Source: a virus
Virus record (IMG/VR): IMGVR_UViG_3300025530_000003
Length of the DNA stretch: 48,438 nt
Reading direction: 5' to 3' (one strand)
Shown here: positions 18,047-26,647 of the stretch, in pieces
How positions within the stretch are numbered: the first letter of the stretch is position 1
Layout of the letters: every line of letters starts with the position of its first letter
Translations under genes and position numbers: made by a program
Notes under the pieces: generated by a model
Databases searched by the model: none
What the model saw: only the letters and a program-made list of their open reading frames with translations
What the model was told of the DNA's origin: nothing

Positions 18047-21000
18047 GTGGTTACTACAACAACGGCTTCGGGACTCGCCAAACAAATTTTAGAATCAAAA
18101 CCAGATAAGAATAAGAAGTCGGAAGAACCTGCGATTACGTCTCCTGTAACAATCACACCTATTGATCCGGTAAGCAGGTATGCGAATCCGGCTCAAGGAA
18201 TTCTCGGCCCTCTCAGACAGAGACCGGAAGTGTATGTTCCAGATAACTATACCAATGTTGCTTATTACTTCGGGGGCGGAGGTAAACAACCCGCTCCTGA
18301 AGAGGGGCAACCAGCTTGGATGAATGTTCTTGATTTTATTTCTCGCCCTCAACGTGCAATTACCGGGACGCTTGCTGAAGCTACAAGCGAAGGTTCTTCT
18401 TTCTTGTCAACGCTTAATGCTTTTTGGAGAGGGTTATCCGGACAAGAGAAAAGGGATTTCGATGAGTTCCTCGAAAATCTTGGATGGAAAGATAAAGAGG
18501 GATTCGGATGGCATGATGTTGTCAGCTTTCTTGGGGACGTTGCTCTTGATCCTCTTACTTACGTTACATTAGGTGCCGGATCAGTTGTCAAAGCAGGAAC
18601 GAGTGCTGGACAACGGGCATTGAGGGAAGCCGCCCAACAAGTAGGTGTACAGATTTCAAAAGAAGGATTGAAAGACTTTTCAGGTAAAGGTGTACGAGAA
18701 CTTTATAACGCTACACGGGAAAAACTGATAGCTGAAGGAGCCAGTCCGGAAACAGCACGTGAAGTTGCGGAAAGTATTTATCGAACAGCACAAAAGAAAG
18801 TAGACGATGCCGCCAAAAGCGCAAGGTTTAAAGCGCAAAATAACCTGTTGAATATTGACATCCCGTTCACTAACATTACAGCAGGTATCGGCAGGAAGCC
18901 GGGTTTTCTTCAGAAAACAGAAGCAAAGATTGGATCGTTCGGCGCATCAACGGTAGCGGATATTCTTAACCGTATGGGTATCGACAAAGCACATCATGCC
19001 GACGTTCTGGACAACTTGTTTGGAGTCCGTAACGCAAGTGATCTCAACATACAACAGTTCGACTTCCTGAAAAATGAAGCAAGACGTTTTGAAGATTATT
19101 TGCACAGCGTACAAGATCATGCACGTATTCTTCATCAGACTGTACCTGAAGCTGCCGATGTGTGGAGAAACTTCCAGTTTGGCAAATTCGTTCAAGACAT
19201 GGGCGGTAGATCACAGTTTGGAAACATGCTTGGTAAGATTGGCGACTATTTCAACACTCGCACATTGCGTATTGCAGGTGAGGGTTTATTGAACCGTGCG
19301 GCGAAACATATTCGCTTAACACACGCTAAGATTGCCGGACAGATGCAGAAGCTGAATCTTGAACTTCGAGAAATTAATAAGATGGCGAAGGGACTTTCTA
19401 AGGATGAACTTGAAGCTATACCTTACATTCTCGAAAACAAGTTCCCAGAATCCAAATTCCGTCCAGACCAAGTGACGCCACAGATGCAAAAAGTTGCGGA
19501 TAAAATGCGATCGATTTATAACGAAATTGCACAACTGGAGTTGGATGCAGGTATTCTTGACAGTGTTCGGGCGAACTACTTCCCGCACGTTATCAAACCT
19601 TCAGAAGAAGATTTGTTGGCGAAGGCTCAAAAATACAAAAACGATCCTGAGTTTTCAAAACTTATCAACATGTCGGCAAGTAGCCAATTCAGTAAAGAAC
19701 GTCGAAGTTTCCAAACGATGGCGCAGCTTGACAACTATATTGCATCTTTAGAAAACGCAAAAATGCGCCCAGACATAGACGATGTTCTACGGGAAGAGTT
19801 GGAAGAAAAAGTATCGATTTTATCAAATTTATTTGAACGTAACCCGATTGATGCGCTAGCGAAACGTTACGCTTCGCATATTAACGCAATGGCGATGAGG
19901 GAACTTCAAAAAGTGTTTCAAGAGGAAAATATCATTATGAAGTTCTCTGATTATAAAGCAAGTCCCAACGCTGTACAAGTAGCCCACAGATACAGTCGTC
20001 TGTCGAGGGAAGAATCATATCGTCTCGGACTTGGATTTGAAGAACATGTGATCGATCGTGACGTTTACGATGCGTTAAAAAAGGTGGAATCTATTTTTAA
20101 CGAAAAAGGTATAGCAAAGCTAATTGGTCATTTTGAATCTGTATACAACATCTGGAAGATGTTGGTCACAACATTTGTTCCAGCACATTTCCTATACAAC
20201 GCTATCGGTAACGTGTTTAATAATTACGTTGCCGGTGTACGTAGTTTGAAAACGTATAGGGAAGCGACTGAAATTATTCTCAACGCTCGAAATGGTAGAT
20301 TAACTAAGTCACAAGAGAAACTTCTTCAGGAAGCTGCTGAACGTGGTATCCTTGAATCCGGGTTCTCTTCAGATTTTACTCGTGCAGGACTTGTTGATCC
20401 TCAAAACATTCTTGCAAAGTCAGAACGTGCGGTTAGAGATTGGTCTTACACTCGATTTATGAGACGTAATTTTGGAGATTTGACCGACCATATTACACGA
20501 CTTACGCATTATATGGACATGAAACGCAAACTTGGTTCCGCTGATCTGGCAGCAGAATCAGTGCGTAAATATCTGTTCAACTATACAGAAATGACAAGTT
20601 CAGATAAACTTGCACGACTTGTCATTCCGTTTTGGAACTGGACGAAGAATAACGTACCGTTGCAGATTATGAGGATGGCGCAACATCCAAGATATTATCA
20701 GACGTATCATCGGTTTTTGGATGAGATCAATGAAGATATGGAAGGTATCGCTCCAGATTGGGCAATGGAAGAATACATGCATATCGGTGGCGGTACGATG
20801 TGGAATCCAAGACTTCCAGTATCCGATCTGAACGACGATCCGTTTCAGATGTTTACCAATAGCATGAATCCTCTTCCAAAGTTTATTATGGAAGTCTCAC
20901 AAAACAGGAACTTCTTCACAGGTAGACCTTTGGATTATGATAAAGAATATCGTGGAGAAAGTTATGATCCGTGGACATTAGCCAGCCACGCTGTAAGTAC

Positions 21001-21115
21001 GTTCGGTGGAGGGATTGCTAGAAGAACGCTCGACACGTTTTCAGGTAAAGACAGCTTGCTAGAAAATTTGAGAAATCTTTTCGTAGGTAAACCGATTAAC
21101 TTTTTAGAAGAGTAG
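18047..21115 (+). CDS. Large virion protein (putative internal, ejection or injection protein)
   Basis: 1022 aa with a GTG start after AAGGAGGG. It is the last large gene before the lysis cassette. Confidence 0.4.
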   Translation: MVTTTTASGLAKQILESKPDKNKKSEEPAITSPVTITPIDPVSRYANPAQGILGPLRQRPEVYVPDNYTNVAYYFGGGGKQPAPEEGQPAWMNVLDFISRPQRAITGTLAEATSEGSSFLSTLNAFWRGLSGQEKRDFDEFLENLGWKDKEGFGWHDVVSFLGDVALDPLTYVTLGAGSVVKAGTSAGQRALREAAQQVGVQISKEGLKDFSGKGVRELYNATREKLIAEGASPETAREVAESIYRTAQKKVDDAAKSARFKAQNNLLNIDIPFTNITAGIGRKPGFLQKTEAKIGSFGASTVADILNRMGIDKAHHADVLDNLFGVRNASDLNIQQFDFLKNEARRFEDYLHSVQDHARILHQTVPEAADVWRNFQFGKFVQDMGGRSQFGNMLGKIGDYFNTRTLRIAGEGLLNRAAKHIRLTHAKIAGQMQKLNLELREINKMAKGLSKDELEAIPYILENKFPESKFRPDQVTPQMQKVADKMRSIYNEIAQLELDAGILDSVRANYFPHVIKPSEEDLLAKAQKYKNDPEFSKLINMSASSQFSKERRSFQTMAQLDNYIASLENAKMRPDIDDVLREELEEKVSILSNLFERNPIDALAKRYASHINAMAMRELQKVFQEENIIMKFSDYKASPNAVQVAHRYSRLSREESYRLGLGFEEHVIDRDVYDALKKVESIFNEKGIAKLIGHFESVYNIWKMLVTTFVPAHFLYNAIGNVFNNYVAGVRSLKTYREATEIILNARNGRLTKSQEKLLQEAAERGILESGFSSDFTRAGLVDPQNILAKSERAVRDWSYTRFMRRNFGDLTDHITRLTHYMDMKRKLGSADLAAESVRKYLFNYTEMTSSDKLARLVIPFWNWTKNNVPLQIMRMAQHPRYYQTYHRFLDEINEDMEGIAPDWAMEEYMHIGGGTMWNPRLPVSDLNDDPFQMFTNSMNPLPKFIMEVSQNRNFFTGRPLDYDKEYRGESYDPWTLASHAVSTFGGGIARRTLDTFSGKDSLLENLRNLFVGKPINFLEE

Positions 21116-21130
21116 GAGGATCAGGATGCC

Positions 21131-21379
21131 ATGCCGAATTTTGAATCTCTCGCACAATTAGGTATTGCAGGTATTGTAGTTGTAGGGTTACTGTGGTTCC
21201 TGTTTCACTTTGCATCAAAGTTACTCGATTCATACAATCGAAATACGGAAGCACTTAATCGTGTAGCAATTGTGACTGAAAAAGCACTACAACAAGATCA
21301 AGATTTTCAACAAGAAGTTTTGAGAGTTTCTCGGAACACGAATGATCTTGTGAAAGATATTCATAAAAAGGTGGTGTAA
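21131..21379 (+). CDS. BhlA/UviB-like holin candidate (single N-terminal TM plus a coiled tail)
   Basis: TM segment LAQLGIAGIVVVGLLWFLFHF followed by a polar helical tail, immediately upstream of the endolysin. Confidence 0.5.
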   Translation: MPNFESLAQLGIAGIVVVGLLWFLFHFASKLLDSYNRNTEALNRVAIVTEKALQQDQDFQQEVLRVSRNTNDLVKDIHKKVV

Positions 21380-21382
21380 TAA

Positions 21383-22084
21383 ATGCTTGAGATCAGGCAG
21401 GATTTTTTACCGAAGGGACATCGTAACCGTCCGGGGAATCCCATGTCCCCAGTTGGTATTCTGATTCACACAACAAACAACTGGCGAGACGGTGCAGGAG
21501 ATGAGATGCACGGCGAATATATTCGTAACACCAGTAAATCGGTAAGCTGGCATGTGACAGTTGACAAGGATAGTGCAACTCAGCATCTACCTTTCAACGA
21601 GAACGGTTGGCACGCTGGAGATGGTGCAAACGGTCATTACAATCGGAACTGGATTGGTCTTGAAATTGCTTGCGAAGCCGTTAATGAAGGTGAGCCGTTG
21701 GATGAAGCAACTTACAATAATGCTGTAGACGTAACGGCTCAAATCATGATGCTTCACGGATGGGACAGTCCAGACCGTATCGCACCGCATCGGAAAGTGT
21801 CTGGAAAGAATTGTCCACACGACACGCTATTTTCTTACGATAAGTTTGTAAAAGACGTTATCGAACTTATCAAGAAGCGAAAAGACGAACAACGGACTCC
21901 ATTTCCAGATGTTCCGAAGGAACTTTGGTCTGAAAAATATATTTTGAGAGCATATAATTTAGGTCTTATCAATGGTTATCCTGATGGAAACTTTTATCCG
22001 AAAGCACCTATGACAAGGGAAGAGGTAGCTACTGTTATAATTCGATTATATGATCTTATTAGTAAAGGAAGGATTGTTGAATGA
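21383..22084 (+). CDS. Endolysin: N-acetylmuramoyl-L-alanine amidase (PGRP/Amidase_2 type) with a C-terminal SLH domain
   Basis: Amidase motifs (IHTTNN, SWHVTVD, GWHAGDG, PHRKVSGKNCP). The C-terminus FPDVPKELWSEKYILRAYNLGLINGYPDGNFYPKAPMTREEVATVIIRL matches the S-layer homology pattern. Confidence 0.8.
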   Translation: MLEIRQDFLPKGHRNRPGNPMSPVGILIHTTNNWRDGAGDEMHGEYIRNTSKSVSWHVTVDKDSATQHLPFNENGWHAGDGANGHYNRNWIGLEIACEAVNEGEPLDEATYNNAVDVTAQIMMLHGWDSPDRIAPHRKVSGKNCPHDTLFSYDKFVKDVIELIKKRKDEQRTPFPDVPKELWSEKYILRAYNLGLINGYPDGNFYPKAPMTREEVATVIIRLYDLISKGRIVE

Positions 22085-22347
22085 TGCAGGAAGTGTTGAC
22101 TTTTGCTACAGTTCTTATTCCAGTTGTAACTGCGCTTGTCCAACTGGCGAAAACTACGGTCAATATGCCGAAGCGTGTTGTACCTATCATTGGATTTCTC
22201 ATCGGTCTGATTGTAGGTTTCGCAGCATCACCGTTTACTGATTTGGATACTGTCCTTCGCTTATGGTCTGGAGGAATCGCCGGACTGTCGGCAACGGGAC
22301 TATTTGAAATGGTATTCAACAAACATGAAGGAAATACAAAAGAATGA
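22081..22347 (+). CDS. Holin (multi-TM small membrane protein)
   Basis: 88 aa with hydrophobic segments (FATVLIPVVTALVQL, VVPIIGFLIGLIVGFAA, GIAGLSATGLF). It overlaps the endolysin stop (ATGATG). Confidence 0.65.
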   Translation: MMQEVLTFATVLIPVVTALVQLAKTTVNMPKRVVPIIGFLIGLIVGFAASPFTDLDTVLRLWSGGIAGLSATGLFEMVFNKHEGNTKE

Positions 22348-22372
22348 GCGTTCATTACGAACGCTCATTTTC
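22343..22372. terminator. Bidirectional rho-independent terminator at the convergence of the two genome arms
   Basis: AATGAGCGTTC / GAACGCTCATT stem with T-runs on both strands, between the + holin and the - MazG gene. Confidence 0.7.
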
Positions 22373-22383
22373 ACTTCCTTTCA

Positions 22384-22719
22384 TTAGATCACCTTACCTC
22401 CATGCTTATACGGACGTGTTTCGTTATATTCCATTTTTTCGATAATGGCTTTCTCCAGATCGATACCGTACCGACCACAAATATCAAATACCCTGATGCA
22501 TATGTCCGCCAATTCAGTCGGTATTCCACAAGGTTTACCATGTTGGTACCATACTTCTGTTGGACTATGACCTTTGCGGTAATCCTCCAATGATTCAGAC
22601 GCTTCGCTATGTATCAAAGCAATCAGTTCACCAAAGGATCGATCTTCGTCCCACCATCCTTTATTTTTTGCATTTTCATGGGCTTTTTGTACAAGTTCGC
22701 TGATCCTCATTTCATTCAT
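22384..22719 (-). CDS. mazG: MazG-like nucleotide pyrophosphohydrolase
   Basis: ELVQKAHENAKNKGWW...GELIALIHSEASESLEDYRKG matches the typical MazG EExxE/helix pattern. The start may be the ATG at 22710. Confidence 0.7.
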   Translation of the reverse strand: MNEMRISELVQKAHENAKNKGWWDEDRSFGELIALIHSEASESLEDYRKGHSPTEVWYQHGKPCGIPTELADICIRVFDICGRYGIDLEKAIIEKMEYNETRPYKHGGKVI

Positions 22720-22728
22720 CTCCTAATC

Positions 22729-22830
22729 CTAACGTAATAGTTTGTATAGTGTCAAAAGAATAATTATAATAACAATATAAATCCTTAATACAAACGCAAG
22801 CCCTCTTACGGCTCCACCACGTCTTGTCAT
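22729..22830 (-). CDS. Possible 33-aa membrane micro-protein (not in the ORF track)
   Basis: My translation is MTRRGGAVRGLAFVLRIYIVIIIILLTLYKLLR. GAGGGA lies upstream, and the ORF fills an otherwise empty gap. Confidence 0.25.
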   Translation of the reverse strand: MTRRGGAVRGLAFVLRIYIVIIIILLTLYKLLR

Positions 22831-22836
22831 AACACA

Positions 22837-23079
22837 TCATCCCTCATCACTATAATTAATCAGCTTATCCAGAAACCAACGTGCTTTAAGCAAATCCTCT
22901 TTGCCGTTTTTGATTTTCCAGCGCCATAAGTATTTTATAGCGCTGCCGATCAGATACCCTTCATATCCTGAAAGAGTTGCTACTGCTGACTCGATCGCAT
23001 CGATACACTCAACTTTTCCTTGATTGTAATGTCTCGGACGTTCTACACTGTCATAAACAACTTTTCCTTCAGATTCCAT
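22837..23079 (-). CDS. DUF3310-family protein
   Basis: RPRHYNQGKVECIDAIESA...YLWRWKIKNGKEDLLKARWFL is the characteristic DUF3310 pattern. Confidence 0.65.
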   Translation of the reverse strand: MESEGKVVYDSVERPRHYNQGKVECIDAIESAVATLSGYEGYLIGSAIKYLWRWKIKNGKEDLLKARWFLDKLINYSDEG

Positions 23080-23380
23080 TCCGTCTCATCCTTTCAGATT
23101 TTTTAATTACGCTATTTACAGACCTTCCGACCAAGTATGAAACTTGATAGGCTGTAAGTTCTCCTTTCAGATGCCTACGAAGTATAACTAACTCTCCATC
23201 TGACCATCTTTTCTTAAATTTATTCGATCCCTTATCCATTCTTTCTGATACGTGATCTCTAACGTATCGATTACTTTTACATAAAGGACATACAGGTTTT
23301 TTAATAATTTTTGCTAAATAAATGGTGAAAACACATATACAATCATCACATATAAAATTATATTGAAAATTACGAGTCAT
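23069..23380 (-). CDS. Zn-ribbon plus Myb/SANT-like DNA-binding protein
   Basis: CDDC...CPLC cysteine pairs, followed by RWSDGELVILRRHL...YQVSYLVGRSVNSVIKKSERM. Confidence 0.45.
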   Translation of the reverse strand: MTRNFQYNFICDDCICVFTIYLAKIIKKPVCPLCKSNRYVRDHVSERMDKGSNKFKKRWSDGELVILRRHLKGELTAYQVSYLVGRSVNSVIKKSERMRRNGI

Positions 23381-23534
23381 TCAGTTCTAACACCGCCCAG
23401 TACTTCGTGTACGAATTACGCCCATCGAAAAACGTCATACCTCTCTTTAACAGCTTGTATCCTTTCTTCTCATAATCTTTTATTCTTTTGTCCAATGCGT
23501 TGTTTTCTGCATTTGTAATAAGTATCTTCATCAT
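23370..23534 (-). CDS. Hypothetical 54-aa protein (not in the ORF track)
   Basis: My translation is MMKILITNAENNALDKRIKDYEKKGYKLLKRG... It overlaps both neighbours (ATGA-type coupling). Confidence 0.35.
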   Translation of the reverse strand: MMKILITNAENNALDKRIKDYEKKGYKLLKRGMTFFDGRNSYTKYWAVLELNDS

Positions 23535-24025
23535 TCTCGTTTCCTCCCGTACAAATGGTAATATACCCCGTGACGAATCGCATCTCTCATGTGATCGTTA
23601 GTCTGTTTACCAAGCGCATAGTGTCGATTCCCCCTTTTTTCGAGAATTCCCATTTTAACCAGCAATTCATCTGGAACACGTGTTTTGCAAGATGGGTCTT
23701 GCAAAACGAACTTTTGTTTATGTTGCCACGCTTGCATTCGCAAATGTCCAATAAGCATAGGTGTTTCCATAGATGACCATGATTGAGCAGCAGCTTTATT
23801 CGGTTGTAACTTGAAGGCTTCGCATACAACAACATCTATTTGTGAACGAACTACATATTTTGACGCATGAAACGCTACTTCATTCCAATAAGATTCGGCA
23901 TCTGCAAAAAATCTCGCTTCGATCGTTTTTACGGAATCCAATTTTGAATCTTTGAATACCGCAATCCCTGTAGTTCCTTTTCCTTCAGCCCAATTACCCG
24001 AAGGATCGATTGATACGATTATCAT
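23531..24025 (-). CDS. ruvC: RuvC-like Holliday junction resolvase
   Basis: IVSIDPSG...GTTGIAV (first catalytic Asp), VVCEAF (Glu), and DHMRDAIRHG near the C-terminus. Confidence 0.7.
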   Translation of the reverse strand: MIIVSIDPSGNWAEGKGTTGIAVFKDSKLDSVKTIEARFFADAESYWNEVAFHASKYVVRSQIDVVVCEAFKLQPNKAAAQSWSSMETPMLIGHLRMQAWQHKQKFVLQDPSCKTRVPDELLVKMGILEKRGNRHYALGKQTNDHMRDAIRHGVYYHLYGRKRE

Positions 24026-24116
24026 GATGTTAAAATCAACTCCTTAATAAAAACATATCATATTTTACACTTGATCTACATACCTTATTACAAAATATAT
24101 CAAAGGATGTGATCTG

Positions 24117-25496
24117 ATGCTTGGTACACTTGGCGCATCGATGTTCATTACAGGTGTTGTCGGTGCAATCATGAATACTGAAAAAGCGTGCCTGAAACGA
24201 TCCATCAGACGATACTTATCCGCTACAAAGCTTTCTCCCGGAGTAAAGATGACGCTCTGTAAGCGACAGAATCGATCGTACAGGACTGAATTCACTTTAC
24301 CTTACGGATACACTATCGAAGAATTCAAATCACACCTGAAGGGGCTGGAGCAAGCCACAGCGAGTCATATTCGCTTCAGACATCTATTCGGATCAACTTG
24401 TGAACTTACTTTCGGCTTCCACCCATTCTACGAAAAGATGAATTTTACTGATGAACTTCCGATGGAACCTCTTGCCATTCCGCTTTACACTCCTTTCGGA
24501 CTTCGTACACTCGACTTCAAAGACGAAACATGTTGTCACCTTTTATGCGGTGGAGCGACTCGTATGGGAAAGTCAGCGTTTCTCAGATATGTTGCAACAC
24601 ACTTGATTCTGTCTACAGAAGGTAATGTAGATATTATATTCATTGATCATAAGGTGTCCGACTTGTACATGTTTCGAGATATTCCACAGATCAGAATTGC
24701 CGAAACTTCTGGCGAAGCCCGTGCTTATCTGAAGGATGTTCTTTCAGAAATTAATCGACGAAAGAACCTTCTCAAAAATTGTAGGGATGCTGTCGATCTT
24801 CGAGAATATCGATCCAAATATACGGACGATAAGGTAAATCCCATGTTCGTTATTATCGATGAGTATGGACGTTTCGCTGACGACAAGGTGATCCAAGAGA
24901 TTGTCACCGAGATCGCCGAAACTGCCGGTTATGTAGACGTCCATCTCATCATTTCCAGTCAGCGTCCTGATGCAAAAGACGTATTGAAGCCGAGAATTAA
25001 AGCAAACATTGTTACCAGAATGTCATTTGCCACTTTCGATGAAGTCAATTCCAAAATCATTCTCGATATTCCAGACGCTGCCCATATCGGCAAGATTCAG
25101 GGTAGGGCAATTCTTGTAGACGGTCATCCTGAACTTGTTCAGGTACCTTACATGTCCCCTTCACAAGTACAAGTTTTACTAAATAAGTATAGGAGAGATG
25201 ATTATGACGAAGCGAGACAAATTGATTATCCAATACCTGAAACATTTCCGGGTAATGGCGAGAGACCAGATCGCTCAACTAGCTTGTCCGGAAGTAGCCA
25301 GACCAGTAGTTACAGTGAACCGGATTTTGAAGCGCCTGTCGAGAGACGGTTACGTGCTTCCGATTCCGCAGGTGAAAGATCGTCCATACCTATACATGCC
25401 GAATCCGGCGATCATTCATCATCGGTCGAACAAAATCGAACATTTTCTTGGTTTAGTGGATATTTACCTTCGTTTGAAGAAACCGAAGATTTTTGA
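24117..25496 (+). CDS. FtsK/SpoIIIE-family DNA translocase-like ATPase with an N-terminal TM segment
   Basis: Walker A GGATRMGKS, Walker B FVIIDEYGRF, HLIISSQRP, and the TM segment LGASMFITGVVGAIM. The last 100 or so codons overlap the next gene. Confidence 0.75.
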   Translation: MLGTLGASMFITGVVGAIMNTEKACLKRSIRRYLSATKLSPGVKMTLCKRQNRSYRTEFTLPYGYTIEEFKSHLKGLEQATASHIRFRHLFGSTCELTFGFHPFYEKMNFTDELPMEPLAIPLYTPFGLRTLDFKDETCCHLLCGGATRMGKSAFLRYVATHLILSTEGNVDIIFIDHKVSDLYMFRDIPQIRIAETSGEARAYLKDVLSEINRRKNLLKNCRDAVDLREYRSKYTDDKVNPMFVIIDEYGRFADDKVIQEIVTEIAETAGYVDVHLIISSQRPDAKDVLKPRIKANIVTRMSFATFDEVNSKIILDIPDAAHIGKIQGRAILVDGHPELVQVPYMSPSQVQVLLNKYRRDDYDEARQIDYPIPETFPGNGERPDRSTSLSGSSQTSSYSEPDFEAPVERRLRASDSAGERSSIPIHAESGDHSSSVEQNRTFSWFSGYLPSFEETEDF

Positions 25497-25746
25497 AGTC
25501 GAACCCCAAATCAACGATGAGTATGTTCCAGATGCTTACACAAGGATCAACGATCGTCCAGTTATTATCGAATATCAACGAACGTTAATCAGCACAAAGA
25601 AGATGCAATCGAAAGTAGATGCGTTTGTTGAATCCTATGTCCGTAAACAACATGACGCAAGAACTTTACTGATTGTGTCCGATCACAACTATCCAAAGAT
25701 TACGATTCCTTCAGGTTTCCACATCATTCATAAGAAAACTAGTTGA
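25198..25746 (+). CDS. Replication-relaxation family protein (winged-helix N-terminus)
   Basis: MTKRDKLIIQYLKHFRVMARDQIAQL...RILKRLSRDGYV resembles the replication-relaxation family N-terminus. The ATG at 25204 has better RBS spacing. Confidence 0.55.
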   Translation: MIMTKRDKLIIQYLKHFRVMARDQIAQLACPEVARPVVTVNRILKRLSRDGYVLPIPQVKDRPYLYMPNPAIIHHRSNKIEHFLGLVDIYLRLKKPKIFEVEPQINDEYVPDAYTRINDRPVIIEYQRTLISTKKMQSKVDAFVESYVRKQHDARTLLIVSDHNYPKITIPSGFHIIHKKTS

Positions 25747-26416
25747 CATCTTCGTAAAATGTTTCGCCTGTTCGGGTATCTATTATAAGTGGACGGATAA
25801 GTTCGCCTAAGACATAGTTACGATTGACACCTTTAGGATAAGGAAGTATAGGATATTTTAACTGCTTCTTCAATCTCCTAGACTTCCTCGTAAAGAACAC
25901 ATATCTGTGCTTAGGTGTTCTAACTTTTCGTAGATGCTTATATTCTTCTGTATAATGTCTAGGATGCTTATTTCCCGGCATATACTTGTCCGTTCTTTCT
26001 TTTGTCTTTCCTGTGTAGATGAAGTTTGTTGCTTGATATATGTAGCCATGATGACCAACACCTTCATCTGCAAACGAAACGATGACAATATCCTCATTTC
26101 TAAGCATCCTTAACACTTTACCTACAAAGAAAGATAGCACGTTACGCCCCAAACCATCTTCAGTTACAAGTCTGTTTAATTCGTAGACTCTATGTGCATG
26201 TTCCGATCCTAAAAGACCTGTGCATAAGTTCGGTGATGCAGGTTTTCCAATAGTTAGTACACCTACCATAGTACTATCCTTAAAAAGTCCAAACGCATAA
26301 GATATTGAAGGCATACGCTGTGCATAGTGCTTTTTTAAAATAAAATCTTTCGTATCTTCGTAAGCTATTCTATTAACATGGAATCCGTTCACAGATTTAC
26401 ACCCACTTTCCTTCAT
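25739..26416 (-). CDS. Mom-like (GNAT-fold) DNA adenine modification protein candidate
   Basis: Motifs HYAQRMPSISYAFG, ELNRLV and SFADEGVGHHGYIYQATNFIYTG resemble proteins annotated as the Mom family. Recognised from memory only. Confidence 0.5.
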   Translation of the reverse strand: MKESGCKSVNGFHVNRIAYEDTKDFILKKHYAQRMPSISYAFGLFKDSTMVGVLTIGKPASPNLCTGLLGSEHAHRVYELNRLVTEDGLGRNVLSFFVGKVLRMLRNEDIVIVSFADEGVGHHGYIYQATNFIYTGKTKERTDKYMPGNKHPRHYTEEYKHLRKVRTPKHRYVFFTRKSRRLKKQLKYPILPYPKGVNRNYVLGELIRPLIIDTRTGETFYEDVN

Positions 26417-26422
26417 GCCGAT

Positions 26423-26647
26423 CTACCATCTATCTCTAAATTCCGGTGGTATACAAGTATGTTTATCAAAATGCTGTCTGGAATACATTCGGCGACATTT
26501 ATCACATCGAACCTTTGCGTATTTCCTTGCCGGTGCGCTGTTTTTGGGTCGCTCCGGCGAACATACATGGTTTTGATAGTAATAATAGCTGTATTTTTTA
26601 CGACAAGTAGGACAAGTTATCCTTTTTAAATGGTTTGGTCTACTCAT
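26423..26647 (-). CDS. Small double zinc-finger protein (two CxxC-x12-HxC motifs); possible Com-like regulator
   Basis: CPTCRKKYSYYYYQNHVC and CDKCRRMYSRQHFDKHTC. It lies 6 nt upstream of the Mom-like gene. Confidence 0.5.
   Translation of the reverse strand: MSRPNHLKRITCPTCRKKYSYYYYQNHVCSPERPKNSAPARKYAKVRCDKCRRMYSRQHFDKHTCIPPEFRDRW

Noticed and set aside
24026-24116. A promoter for the inverted FtsK cassette (TTTACA ... ATTACA/TATATC)
   Set aside because: No hexamer pair with acceptable -10 quality and 16-18 nt spacing could be found. A promoter probably exists here, but I cannot place it.
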